From positions 992,001 to 1,056,000 of the forward strand of contig CM022672.1 in NCBI GenBank assembly GCA_012295275.1: DNA of 64,000 nt, given 5' to 3'. The notes below the pieces were generated by a model, which ran no database searches, had not been told where the DNA came from, and saw only the letters and a program-made list of their open reading frames with translations. This document shows, one piece after another, positions 1 to 12,781 of this stretch (position 1 is the first letter of the stretch; each line of letters begins with the position of its first letter). The stretch comes from Chrysomallon squamiferum (Eukaryota; Animalia; Mollusca). Made by a program: the position numbers and the translations under genes.

Positions 1-450
1 CTGCAACCATAAATATAAACATATTAATTACCTGCTGATTAAATAATTATCCTTTTAACAAATATTATTGTTTCTTTATTTGTTTTATTTTTTAATTTTT
101 ATTTATTTAGAGAAGATATTTTATATGACATTTTAATGATGTTGTTAAACTGAAATATGCATATTGTTTTATATATCCCAAAACCAAAATACATTATACA
201 GAGTAATTTTTAAAAGTTGATATTTTTATAATTTTTCACTGTATCATCTAAACCTTAAAACACTATCTAAAATTATTCTGATCTTAAGTATCCAGCTGTG
301 CAATTTGAATACCAGGTACTGTTTTGTTTTTTGAACAATGACTTTTTATAACAAACAGCAACTCTTTCATACATAATCCTTAGTTTATGCAATTTCTGCA
401 TGCTATACCAGTTCAATGTAATGATTCTAATAGATAAAATGTTTACTTAC

Positions 451-585
451 ACATCAACTCTTATATAGTACAGAAGTTCTGAACAGAACAAAAAGACAAT
501 GAAAAGGATGCTCGATATTGATATTAATGCCCCAGTTGAAGTTGGCTGTGTCAGATCCTTTGGAATTTTCCGATAAATGTCAAGC
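451..585 (-). CDS. ERGIC1: ERGIC1 (ERGIC-32) coding exon 2
   Basis: TTTTTAG acceptor and GTAAGT donor flank (R)LDIYRKIPKDLTQPTSTGALISISSILFIVFLFCSELLYYIRVDV, which matches the ERGIC1 N-terminus (RFDIYRKVPKDLTQPT.TGA.IS plus first TM helix). The gene continues off the left edge. Confidence 0.93.
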
Positions 586-1968
586 CTAAAAAAAGTGATT
601 TGTAAAAGAAAAGAAAAGAAATAAATAAATAAAGCTACAGTTAAATTAAAACATTTTTTGATCATATGTAATTATATTTGTTATGTATTACTTACTAAGT
701 ACATCTATGCACACACATCTAATTAAATGATAATTATGAATAAATTCAGAAAACCCATCAATCATTCAAATGATTGTTATGTGTTGATTTAAATAATCAT
801 AACATGTGTTGCCATCATTTTCTGTTTATGATTGTTATAAAGACTAAATCTTACAAATAAGGTTTCATTAAAAACCAGCTCTCTTACCAGATTGTTATTT
901 CAATGAATAATTCTAAGTAACATGATGCAGTACTTGGCATGTTTCTCTTCAAGGTATTATGTGTTACTGTTTTTCATTAAAATTATTAGATAATAATTAA
1001 TTATGAAGTTGATGATATTGTTCTTTAGGCCCATCCAGAGTTAACAGCAGTATTCACAATATTTTGCTACATGTTTTTGTTTTACCACTAGTGCAGATAT
1101 AAAAAGTTCATATTAAAAACTGTATAATCCCACTTCTGCTTGTCATATGAACCCAAGTATATACTAAAATATTTCTTGTAACCAGTAAATAAATAAGGGA
1201 TATCACAAATTTATTTTTAGAAAAGTAAAAAGCGATGTATTGTCCAAAAATGTATTGGTTCTGCCCTCTAATGATATTTTGTAAAGTGTTAATACTTGAA
1301 AAATTGTTTGATACGACAAGTCTCTCAAGTAGGATTATACAGAGAAAACAAACAAAACAAAACAAAACAATAAATAAGTTAATAAAATAAATAATAAAAT
1401 ATTTTAATTTTTTTTTAAATTTAATTAAATTAAATTAAAATGTAGAAAAAAGTGCAATAAAATCTCTGCAATCAAGGTTAGACCTAAAGTCCAAGATTAC
1501 CCAAAAATATGAGCAGAAATGAATCAAAACCAATATTGGCAACAGTTTCCTTGATGTGAGTTAAAATATCAACAAATAAATAATCTAAAGAATTAAAATT
1601 TTGACATTCCGGCAAAATAAAACATTTACTCATCATTAAATCAAAATATAAATGGTTGTATTTTTTTTTTTTTTTTTTTTGTTATTTATTTATTTATTTA
1701 TTATCTGATTCCGAAATTATCTAAATCAACATTATGATTATTATATTACGATCTTTTCTTTTATTTACTTGCAACAGACTAAAAAGAGTCAACCCGTAGT
1801 TCCTATTTACCTATATATCACACAAACTGTTTGTATGGAGGTAATGTAATAAAACGACATTAAAAGTATTTTTACTGTCGATTCTGTCACACTATCTTAG
1901 TAATAAATAATATCTATTAATAGCGTTAAAAAGGAAACTTTTCTCGATTTTTTCATTATTATACCAAC

Positions 1969-1988
1969 CTTCTTAAATCGAACTGCAT
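1969..1988 (-). CDS. ERGIC1: ERGIC1 start-codon exon, proximal copy (MQFDLRR)
   Basis: Minus strand ATG CAG TTC GAT TTA AGA AG|GTTGGT. The phase-2 donor joins exon 2 (G CTT GAC) to give MQFDLRRLDIYRK, like vertebrate MPFDFRRFDIYRK. Confidence 0.88.
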
Positions 1989-2119
1989 GTTGAATGTATT
2001 TGCCCAGTAACAGATTATATTAATCTTTCCAAAAATGTATACCTCTTCAAATATGCATTTATATTTAGGGTGTACAGATCCAGTACACACAAAAATTTGT
2101 CTGAAGAAGAAACTTTAAT

Positions 2120-2175
2120 GACACCTGGCAGACATGCGTACAACTCATATAACGCGAATTATTCTGATTGGTTTA
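2120..2175 (-). promoter_or_regulatory. Candidate ERGIC1 promoter elements (repeated at ~3250-3302)
   Basis: NF-Y-type AACCAATCAG on the minus strand (2164-2173; copy at 3292-3301) and an NRF1-like TACGCATG, ~150-180 bp upstream of the ATG. Confidence 0.4.
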
Positions 2176-2353
2176 AATAGTTAAAGGGACAAAACTCACC
2201 CCTAAAACTAGAAAAATGATTTTAAACTATACACTGAAGCGTCAAAAGTATGTAATTGAGTGCCCTATTAATTGATCTACATAATTACAGGCGAAATACC
2301 TTATTGTGTTATTATTGTTTTTGTTGTTGTTGTTGCTGTTGTTGATTTTGTTG

Positions 2354-2399
<46 letters not shown>

Positions 2400-2738
2400 G
2401 TGAAATGATTAATAGCCTATATATTTAAAATAAATAAATAAATAAAATATGAAGAATGGGGCAATATAATCGTGCATATCTACAAAACATCTCCCGATCT
2501 AGATCAATTAAAATGTAGAAAAATGTGCAGTAAAATCTCTGCAGTCAAGGTTAGGCCTAAAGGTCAAGATTACCCCAAAAATATGAGTAGAAATGGATCA
2601 AAACCAACATTGGCAACAGTTTCCTTGATGTGGGTAAAGATATCAACAAATAAATAATATAAAGAATTAAAATTTTGACATTCCTGCAAAATAAAACATT
2701 TACTTATCATTAAATCAAAATATAAATGGTTGTATGTA

Positions 2739-2814
<76 letters not shown>

Positions 2815-3096
2815 ATTTATTTATTTATTATCTGATTCCGAAATTATCTAAATCAACATTATTATATTACGATCTTTTCTTTTATTTACTTGCAACAGAC
2901 TAAAGAGAGTCAACCCGTAAATTCCTATTAACCTATATATCATATAAATTAAAACTGTTTGTATGGAAGTAATGTAATAAAACGATATTAAATGTCTTTT
3001 TACTGTCGATTCTGTCACACTATCTTAATAATAATTAATATCTATTTATAGCGTTAAAAAGGAAACTTTTCTCGATTTATTCTTTATTATACCAAC

Positions 3097-3116
3097 CTTC
3101 TTAAATTGAACTGCAT
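3097..3116 (-). CDS. ERGIC1: ERGIC1 start-codon exon, duplicated distal copy (MQFNLRR)
   Basis: ATG CAG TTC AAT TTA AGA AG|GTTGGT in copy 2 of the tandem duplication. ATG and donor are intact, with one D>N change. Usage unknown. Confidence 0.6.
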
Positions 3117-4069
3117 GTTGAATGTATTTGCCCAGTAACAGATTATATTAATCTTTCCAAAAATGTATACCTCTTCAAATATGCATTTATATTTAGGGTA
3201 TACAGATCCAGTACACAGAACAAATTTTCTGCAGAAGAAACTTTAATGACATCTGGCAGACATGCGTACAACACATATAACGTGAATTATTCTGATTGGT
3301 TTAAATGGTTAAAGGGACAAAACTCACCCCTAAAACTAGAAAAATAATTTTAAACTATACACTGAAGTGTCAAAAGTATGTAACTGAGTTACCTATTAGT
3401 TGATCAACACCTAGAACCACACATATAATTAATTACAGGCTAAATATCTTATTGTGTTATTACTGTTTTTATTTTTTTGTTGCTATTATTGTTGTTGTTT
3501 TTGTTTTGTTTTGTTGTTGTTGTTGTTGTTATTATTATATGTGAAATGATTAATAGCTATATACTTGAAATAAATAAATAAATACATAAAATATGAAGAA
3601 TAAAAAGGGGAAATAATCGTGCATATCTACAAAACATCTCCGGATCTAGCTCAGTACTGAAGGAACAGTGTATAAAAATAAAACAGTTAATTTATCAGAA
3701 TGTCAGATAAATGGCATGAATATGCCATCTGCATGCAGGCCAGATTTTTTTAGCATTTTTCTTCTCTGTTTTGAATAAAAATAAATGTATCGTTTGATAA
3801 AGGGCATGACTGATGTAATATCTTATTTGACAGCCTCTGTTAAGATGTAGGGCTAAGGTGCGATGGGGCAGGAATCAGTTCTACCCATCCGCACTAGCTG
3901 ACCCGTTGTCTCTACGAGTCCCTGTGACTGCTGCATCAGAGACCATGGAGAACAAGACTGCAAAACTGTCCACTGTTGCTAATAATATCTGTTGGAGCTT
4001 TACCATAAGCAATCCTCAGGAAAATTGCATATTAAAAATGTGTCATAATCAAGCATTGATTCCACACAA

Positions 4070-4101
<32 letters not shown>

Positions 4102-4360
4102 CCACACACATACACACACACCCACACACCTCTATACACGAACATAAAATACATATATTCATGTACAAAAAAACACGGATCAGACACTACTGACACCGTA
4201 TGAATCGAATCGAGATACTTCTAATAACTCTAATCTGTAAGCCTAATGACCTCTGATCTGCTTGGCGTGTAAGTGTGAGTTCGTGCGTGTCTTGTGCTAA
4301 AGCTACAATAACACATATTAGAGACTTGATAGCGTATTTTTAAGTATATACATTTCGTCC

Positions 4361-4461
<101 letters not shown>

Positions 4462-5019
4462 TTTACAAATACAAGACTTACATTGATAAGCAGTTTATCC
4501 TATTCGTATTATTATAGCAATGACTGTCTATTACATTTCAATACATTTCATTTATTTTAAAAGTAAACTACTAGCATGTCAAAAATCTGAAATAAATATT
4601 TTCTCATGTATTTATTTGCTTTTGCTTATTTGTTTATTTGATTGTTTATTGTATTTTTTCTTTCTAATATTTAAATTTAAATTGTTTCTCTATATTTACT
4701 GTATTTTAATTTCTTTTTGTTTTAAGTCAGCCGTAGCTAATGACTGTTTATAGATATATTTGAAATGTTAATGATATCCGCCAAGTTAAAGATTTAAAAA
4801 AAACTACATAAAAATAAAACGAAAATAATTCACGTATATATTTTATAATCACAAACATACATACATGCATACATTCATGTAAACACTTACACACACACAC
4901 ACACACACTCTTGTACATACTGATATATAATGCTTGTGTTTTCTTTAATTATTCTGAAATACATTTATCATCTTCATCTATACTAAAACATAAAAATGAA
5001 ATTGTTGTTAATCTAGTTG

Positions 5020-5350
5020 TTGGTGCGCTGCATATCACACACCTGTGTAGAAAAAAATGTAATTTGCCTTTATCATAAATAACTTCATCTCTTTGTCATG
5101 GTGACGTACAACAAGACGACACTCCTTATCACGTTGTAAAGTGCAACCACCATCGGCTGATTTCCGGGATAGGCAAGATTTTGGTTTCAATGCATCAATA
5201 ATCGTTCTGGCGGAAATGCGGACAAGCGGCAGAGTGATAGCTGAGACGTCGTTGGTAAGAGGATCAATTCTTCTTGTGACAGTGTTGACCGTTTGTCGCT
5301 ATGGTTAGGGTTTCACGAGGGCCTGAATGTAGGTGTGGTCGTTAACAATA
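5020..5350. promoter_or_regulatory. CpG-rich promoter/enhancer-like island between ERGIC1 and the DUSP 3' end
   Basis: Locally GC/CpG-rich, with ETS-like TTTCCGG and GCGGAAAT, half-CRE TGACGT, and donor-like sites on both strands. Confidence 0.35.
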
Positions 5351-5599
5351 TGAAAAAAAAAGTAAATTAAAAATGTCTTGAATGAGACTTAATGTAAAAC
5401 ATTTATTAATTCTTCCCTTAATAAAATTTCAAGCGGAAAGAATGACCGTTTGGAAAGCCGAAGGTATCTTGTTTGAATCTGGCAAGAAAAGTAGTTTTCG
5501 TGATTATTTCTGACGTATTGTAAGACTTGATTCTTGGATGAAAGTCTATTAATTGATCCGGAGTTAGATTGTTCCGCACTAAATCATTTTTCCATCTTC

Positions 5600-5792
5600 A
5601 GGTAGCCCCAAAGAAGTATAGAAACAAGCCCATTTGAAATAATTTTTGAGGTTGGGGCCCCTTAGTTAAATTTGATATTGTACGATGAATTATCCAGTGT
5701 AGTTATAGGTATTTATACTTTTTTAATTCGTAGCTTTAACCGTCGCTTTAGAGTTTCACAGGGTGCGCAGTAGCCCAGGTTGAGAATCACTG
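5600..5792. mobile_element. Truncated hAT/Charlie-like non-autonomous DNA transposon end
   Basis: Ends in GGTTGAGAATCACTG (revcomp CAGTGATTCTCAACC), resembling hAT-Charlie type termini. No partner end found; left boundary approximate. Confidence 0.35.
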
Positions 5793-7036
5793 TCTTAAGC
5801 CTTCAAATATACAGGTACATATATACACAGGCTTTTGATAAACCACTTATACACTAATAAGCATTAAGGATATCTCAGACATAATAAATATATTGAGGTG
5901 TGTTATGTGACAATCTGCAACATCATTGATCAAGCGGTACAGGTGTATCCGAAAAAAAATACGGTTTAGTATCTTTTTTTTAATATTATTGTGCCATACC
6001 TTCATTACACAGAATACATATTTTCTTGAGAAAGAGCAGCAAAAAAAAAAAAAAAAAAAAAATCATGCTTCTCGACACCATATGGCGTTTAATACATAGA
6101 AAGACAGAGATTTTCTGTTTGCGTGCATATTATATTGTTTGCTGATAATTTAGCGGTTAATTTATTTGTGTGTGTGCGCGTGCTGTGATAGGGAGCGAGA
6201 GACACAGTTTGTGTGAAAACTAGAAACATATGTTATAAACAAGAGTTCATACATGGCTGTAGTGAATAGGAAAAAAAAAATAGATATAAAATATACAAAG
6301 ATAATGGGGTGATTTTTGTTTATACTTATATTGTGTATATGAAAGAAACACGTGGTATTCGGGACAATAGGGATGTGATTATAAATATATATTAATTTTC
6401 CTGCACCAGTAAACCTAAATAACAAAATAGTGTAATTGTTATAATCATATTTACAGAGACTGAAATAGTTTTATACGTGTCTGGATTTGTTATGTTCAAG
6501 AAATATTGTTGTTTATAACTACACCTTAATTGTTTCTGCCCATCTCCACCAATGCCAGTTGTATGTAACTAAATTGTATGTAAGTATGTATGTAAGCATA
6601 CACATTTTTTGTTGTTGTTGTTATTTGTTTACATTTTTTAAATTTGCGACAAATGCTTTTAAAAAAAATAAAATTCTATTCATCTCCTTGTCCTGTTTAT
6701 AAAAATGAATTAACGGAAACGTACATATTTTCTCACAGGTTAATTGTTACCTGGATGTCAAAGCAAGATGGTTCTTTGTTAAGTTTCCATAACAACAACA
6801 ACAACAACAATAATAATATAATCATGATGTTATGTTTAATACAATTAGTAGTAATAATGTAAAAAAGTAATACTTTTAACAGCAGTAGTAGAAATAGTAA
6901 TATCAACAACAGCAGCAGTAAAGGAAATGAAAAAGGAAGAACTGTTTTATAATACGATGTATTCGTCACATTTTTGATAGCAGTCGCTAATAATAAACAA
7001 CAATAATAAATAAAAAGTGAAATAGTAATTTCTTCT

Positions 7037-7042
7037 TTTATT
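7037..7042 (-). terminator. Candidate DUSP polyadenylation signal
   Basis: AATAAA on the minus strand ~1.1 kb after the stop, followed by a T/GT-rich tract. Other AATAAA hexamers exist nearby. Confidence 0.3.
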
Positions 7043-8151
7043 GAAATGAATACATTGCAAAACATTATACATAACAAAAAAAAAAATGAAAACTACACAA
7101 TATTATGCACCAAAACAAAATACATTAATATCTTTATGAATTGTTTTGGAGATTTACAGGACACAGAATTATTCTGAGTAGTGAACATTATACTTAAATC
7201 TTTATACTTTTTTATTTCAGTACGACTCAAGAATGTTATACATGTCCATTCTTCCATATTCGATTCAGCAACGTCCCAGATATGAATATATATATACAAA
7301 GACAGACAGACAGACACACACACACACACACATATACTGAGTACATCCGTCATCACCCCATCCCACTACTCATTTTTACCTTTATATGAACGGTAAATCC
7401 TAATACAATCATATAGAGCTAAATTAAAAATATAAATGAACATAAACATTTAAAAAAATAAGAAGAAAAGAACAGAAAAACAACATTTGGAATGATATTT
7501 AGATTTTTCTGAGGTACAGGCAATATGAATATCAAAAGAAATATATATCAGTTACAATTCTCTCTATAAACGAACAACAATTACTGTTTTGTAAATCTAA
7601 AGGATTCTGTCGATTTCGAATATTATTTTGTTTTTATAAAAGTGGACGGAAGCATTGTCTGATATATACATTAAACCTTTTGTTTCAAAGTAACAGGATA
7701 TCAGTTGTCGCATGACGACCACACGAACAATATCTTATGTTCGGGATTGTGATGTACATGTGCTTGCAGTTCATACGAACTACGAAAATATCCCTGAGTT
7801 TCCAACAGCACCAGACATAAGCACCAGTCTACAAGGCACAAAATACAGGTAAGTATATTAGTTATATAACGATATATATTATATATACCTTTATGTTTTC
7901 TTAAACCAATAAAATATGGATTAATCCTTGTTTTATAAGACAATGTTATCTTCTTCAAGGAAACAAAATGGATGACAATTACTTATCAGGAATCTTTTCA
8001 TCTGTTCCTCGTCTCGAATAGAAGGTTCCCAAAAGAAATAACTCGCATTAGATATTTAATCTGTAGCACTGTATTCTTGGAACTGAAATCTTTTCCAATA
8101 AACGCCTCAAGCGTCATTTTTTTTTTTTTATCTTTTTCAAAATTCTTTGTA

Positions 8152-8603
8152 CTAACTTGGAGACGTTAGCGAGGTATAAAAGTTAGAAAGTTCTTGTGAA
8201 CTGAAAGAAAAACTACGAGCAGATGAATCCGACATAAATGACTGAGGACTGCAGGTAAAAGCCGGTAAGGGTGCGTCCGAAGAAACGCTTTGTGTCCCTA
8301 AGGTAAAAGGGAATGCTGACGATAAGGGAGGGACAACTGGGGCAGATAAATCTGTCACGCTGCAAACTACAGGATCATCATCGATTTTTCTTGACTTCAG
8401 TAATTGGGTTTCGAAATTCTTTAGCTGCTGCATGAAGTTTAGATTCGGGTTGATGACGTCACGTCGAGAACGGACGTGTTCGTACGCATTGTCCAGAGAA
8501 AGTCCATTGGCAGACATGAGGTAGGCAAGGCATATTGTGGCCGAACGGCTAACACCTGCATGACAATGCACGAGAACTTTACCCTGTGTTCCTTTCACTG
8601 ACT
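8152..8603 (-). CDS. MAP kinase phosphatase (DUSP1/4/5-like) exon 4, catalytic loop and C-terminus
   Basis: ATTACAG acceptor; VLVHCHAGVSRSATICLAYLM signature, INPNLNFM, C-terminal ...SLTSPS then stop (TAG). Confidence 0.96.
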
Positions 8604-8952
8604 CTGTAATAATAAAAAATTCCAAATTAAATAACTTGTGAGAAAATTAGTCATTATTATTTTCCTAACATATTTTGTTTTAAGTAACTTGATAAAATCT
8701 TGTTTGTTGCTCTATTTTTGTCTTTGTCTTTCTATGCTGTTATGTGATTGTATGTGTGCAGGCACTTACATATGCTAAATATTCTCTCTTGCTATGTATG
8801 CTACTAATTCTTTCTCGTTTCTTATCTCTCATTATATCTCTGACTCATTCTGTCTCATTATGTTTACAAAGAAGTATATTGTAATTAGAAATAAGACATA
8901 ATTTAATAAGGAAGATGGTCTCTCCTACAATGCGGAACTGTATACCACTTAC

Positions 8953-9172
8953 CAATGAAATTGTTAGCTGGAACAAACCATGACTGTAATTCGGCGGAGG
9001 CGGTGTCGTTCACGGGAATGTTCATGTACCGGAAATCGGCCTCAAAATGATTTTGGCACGTTGTTGATACGTTGAGAAGGGAGGTAATTCCCAGTGTTTT
9101 CAGTAGCTCTCCCTGACAGGCATGTTTGTAGTTTCCAAGATACAGATATGGAAGTATCTCTACTGGCGCAGA
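8953..9172 (-). CDS. DUSP exon 3
   Basis: TTTCAG/GTAAGT; 220 nt; SAPVEILPYLYLGNYKHACQGELLKTLGITSLLNVSTTCQNHFEADFRYMNIPVNDTASAELQSWFVPANNFI. Phases match exons 2 and 4. Confidence 0.96.
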
Positions 9173-9565
9173 CTGAAATAAATAAATAAATAAATAAATA
9201 ATAGCAACTTTTCCTTTCTATAAACTTGAAGCCTAGATTAAAGTTTTCCTTAGCGTTTCGATATAATTTTGATACTCTAGTTTAAGTAGCATAATATATA
9301 GCTAGGCATATATGACTAAACAAAAACAAACAGAGAATTTCATTTACAAGAAAATAGTCAGGAATATTTTTTTAATTATTATTTTTCCTAATTTTTAATT
9401 TTTTTAATTGGCTTTTTTTCTTTCTTTTTTTTTTGGTGTCTCTTATTAATATATTAATAATTTGCATAACTATGTTATTTATTATTAATTTTTGTTTGTA
9501 ATATCTATTTTTTATTTTTATTATTATTATTTTTTTTTTTTATTTGGAGATATTTTAAAACATAC

Positions 9566-9669
9566 CTCTATTTGAGTATGCTGAAATGTCCGACCATCAG
9601 TATATCTACAAGTGTCTTTCTGGGTGAGGCACATATCAGGGCAAGCCATTTCTAATGCTTCAAAACCAC
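9566..9669 (-). CDS. DUSP exon 2
   Basis: TTTTGTAG/GTATGT; 104 nt; GGFEALEMACPDMCLTQKDTCRYTDGRTFQHTQIE, end of the rhodanese domain (KGGF) and linker. Confidence 0.92.
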
Positions 9670-11696
9670 CTACAAAAAAAATAAAAAAATAAAAAAAAAT
9701 AAATAAGAAAATTTAAAACATGATGCAGGTAATCTGGAATGAAACATATTTCTAAAACGTAAAATAAAGTTATTTTTATCGCTAATCTCAAGACTGATGG
9801 AATACTAATAAAGCTATTAAGGCACGTTCAGTATGCAATTATTCGTTTAATTATTATTATTATGGGGATAAAATAATTTATACACGTTAGTAAGTACATT
9901 GTATATTGGATTTCTGCAGGAAGTAGAAAACAAGGTGGGCACAGACAGTAGCTCTGAACCGTCATTACGTTGCCAGGTTATTTTTGAAGTAACCAAGCTA
10001 TGAAATCACCCGGACGTAATGCACAACAGGAAAATGTACATATCCTCCTTAACAAATACTGTTAGATTCCGTCTGTAATATCAGTGATCGCTTCTTTGAA
10101 ACACTTGTCTACATCACACAAACTATATCCTAGTGTGTTAATTAAATATTATTAAAGGCGGGGTTTTGGATGTAATGTTTATAACGTGTGTGCAGATCAG
10201 AAGATGAGAACGAACGAAAGATATTCAGATTTATGCAACAGAAATATTATATACGTACATACATATTTATAAAAAATAATAATTTAAAATATTGTAGACA
10301 TATACAGAGAGATATAAACAGATATATATACACACTCACACTCAGACACACATATACATATATGCATCGATACATACACACACACCCATATATAGAAAAA
10401 TACAGTACAGACATCTGCACAAAAATATGTCGGATTTTTTTTATGAGGGGGTAAATTAAAAATATAATATGCAGGTTCTTGTTTTCTGCTGTTAAAACGA
10501 GGGCAATACTATGCTATACTGTACCGCAGTTTATTACTTTTTGTTTCTTTATTAAACTAAAAAAAGAAAAATGAAAAGCAAACTACCCACACACATGCGT
10601 TTTAATCTCGAGGAAAGGAAGTCGATAAAGGGATTACCCCATATGCGAATTTGTGGTTTTTTTCTTGGGATGAGTCAATAATGCATGGAAATTTTTTTTA
10701 TGTTTCACTGATTACATATCTGTGTTTTATATGCGAACGTCTAATTAGTGTAAGTCAGCAGTTATTTTTCATTTTGTTACTTAAATTTTATTATATTTAT
10801 TTTATTTTAACTTAGGGATAGAGATAAGAAAGAAAAAAAGCGAAAGACGTTTAGCTTGTATAATAATAATTATAGTACGCTATTTAAATCTAACTGTATC
10901 GTGTTTCAAATAAAATAAAAAGATGATGATGATCAATATTTTATTTATTATATGACGGGGAAGAAGAACATCGAAACCAGGTTAAAAAAAAAAAATAAAA
11001 TAAAAAAAAACACTCACAAAAAAAAAAAATATAAATAAATAAAAAACAAACATCGTAGACAAACTATATAATTTTTTTTAATTCAACAGCTGCTGTATTA
11101 TCTGAAGTCGACGAATGAATGAATATGTAATTTATTGATAGTACAGCGTACCCACGCTTTTAAGAATACTACTTTGTGCATTACTGTGAATGAATGAACG
11201 TGAATTATGAATGAACTTTGTTAACCACTGAATACAGCTCATTCATTGTCGAGGGATGGGCAGATGTATTAAATACGAACGGATACGACTTATATTTAGA
11301 CAAGAACCTCTTGAAAAATCACATACAAATAATTATATACTGTGAATGTGATTACCTTCTTCATTAGACGTTTCGTATAATTACGCATTTAACTTCGTGG
11401 ATTCATCTGTAGAAACACACCCTTCAGTTTTCTTATTTAATTGTTTTTTTTCTTGTTGTGCTAGGTCAGTTGTTGTTTTTGTTTTTTTGATTTTTCTGGG
11501 GCTATTTGTTTTTCATCTTTGGGGATTTAATTTTTTTTCTTTATGTCATTTTGTTTTTTCTTAAAAATTATGGCCTAAATTCATTATATCTTCTCTGATA
11601 TCCATTATAACCCAAATCGTTTTTCTGAAAACCTCAACACGTCTTTAATATGAAATATAGAATTTCTGTGTTAACGCCTAGACTAATAACTGCCAA

Positions 11697-11740
<44 letters not shown>
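11697..11740. repeat. (CTAT)n microsatellite in DUSP intron 1
   Basis: Directly visible. Confidence 0.95.
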
Positions 11741-12781
11741 ATTTAAATTAGAACTTTCATTTAATAATTCTTCCTTTTTAATAAATATATTTTTCCCTTT
11801 AGATGTTTGAGAAAATGTTTCAAGAATTATTATTATTTTTTATTATTATTATTATTATAATTTTATTTTATTTTACAGTGTGATAAAATAATCTTTAGTA
11901 AAATATCAGATCCACACAAAAATTTAATTTATTTTATTATTGATATATAAATTAATAATGGCATATAAAACCCAAGAAATTAAAGTTCACAATTTAAATC
12001 ATTTTATTTAAATAGGAATAACACACAATAGTAAATAAACAAGAAATAAAATATCTGTAATATATATATATATATATTATCGAGGTCGTACACTCATACG
12101 TTTAGTTTTAATTCCATGTAAGTTAATTACATTTCAGTTGTATATTGCATATGTAATATGATACAATATATTTATATCTGTTCTACTTCAGTAACAATAG
12201 TGTATCCATATCTGCTGCTGTCGGGTTATCTAGAGGACTGCACCGCAAATGTATATTATCAGAACGATCTCGTTTCGAGTGGAAAAAATATTAATCATTT
12301 TGACCTGGCAAACACGAAACTGGTTAAAATATGTACCACAGTTATAATGGTTCGAAAAGCACTGGTATATTCTTTGCTATCTTTTACACCCAAAAAGTTT
12401 CGGAATTATATTTATGTGATATATTTTACATTTTGAAAATAATATTATTAATAAATAAATATAGTATTTTTGAGATTTAAAAATATAAATTATTCGGGTC
12501 ATATACAATACTAATAATAATAAGAAGAAGAACAACAACAACAACAAAAAATAAGAATGATGATGTTGATGCTAATAATAATAATAAATTATTGGTTTTT
12601 CGTTGTTTTTGTTTGTTTGTTTGTTTTATTTTATTTTATTTTAATTTTTTTAGTTGTGTGACATAATAAATAGTTACTGAAATACTGCTTGTTTGATCAA
12701 CAGCGTGCCCACACGTCTTAAATGCTTATTTCGTGGATGAACGACAAACAACAAAAATAAACGAATTCTAAAATGTCTTAC

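Larger units (their letters stand above)
1433..3649. repeat. Head-to-tail tandem duplication, two ~1.1 kb units (1433-2502 and 2506-3649)
   Basis: Both units start AATTAAAATGTAGAAAAA and end ...AAAACATCTCC(C/G)GATCTAG. They are colinear with scattered substitutions and differing microsatellites (poly-T vs (TG)n(TA)n). Confidence 0.95.

Noticed and set aside
2472-2657. 61-aa ORF crossing the duplication junction
   Set aside because: GTG start, intronic ERGIC1 sequence on the opposite strand; the equivalent stretch in copy 1 has a stop and an indel.
1433-3649. Tandem Helitron interpretation (units end in CTAG)
   Set aside because: No subterminal GC hairpin, and the units contain the ERGIC1 start exon; a local duplication explains it better.
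3858-4193. 111-aa ORF with a GC-richer first half
   Set aside because: Non-ATG start, runs into (CA)n, no recognisable domain or flanking splice sites.
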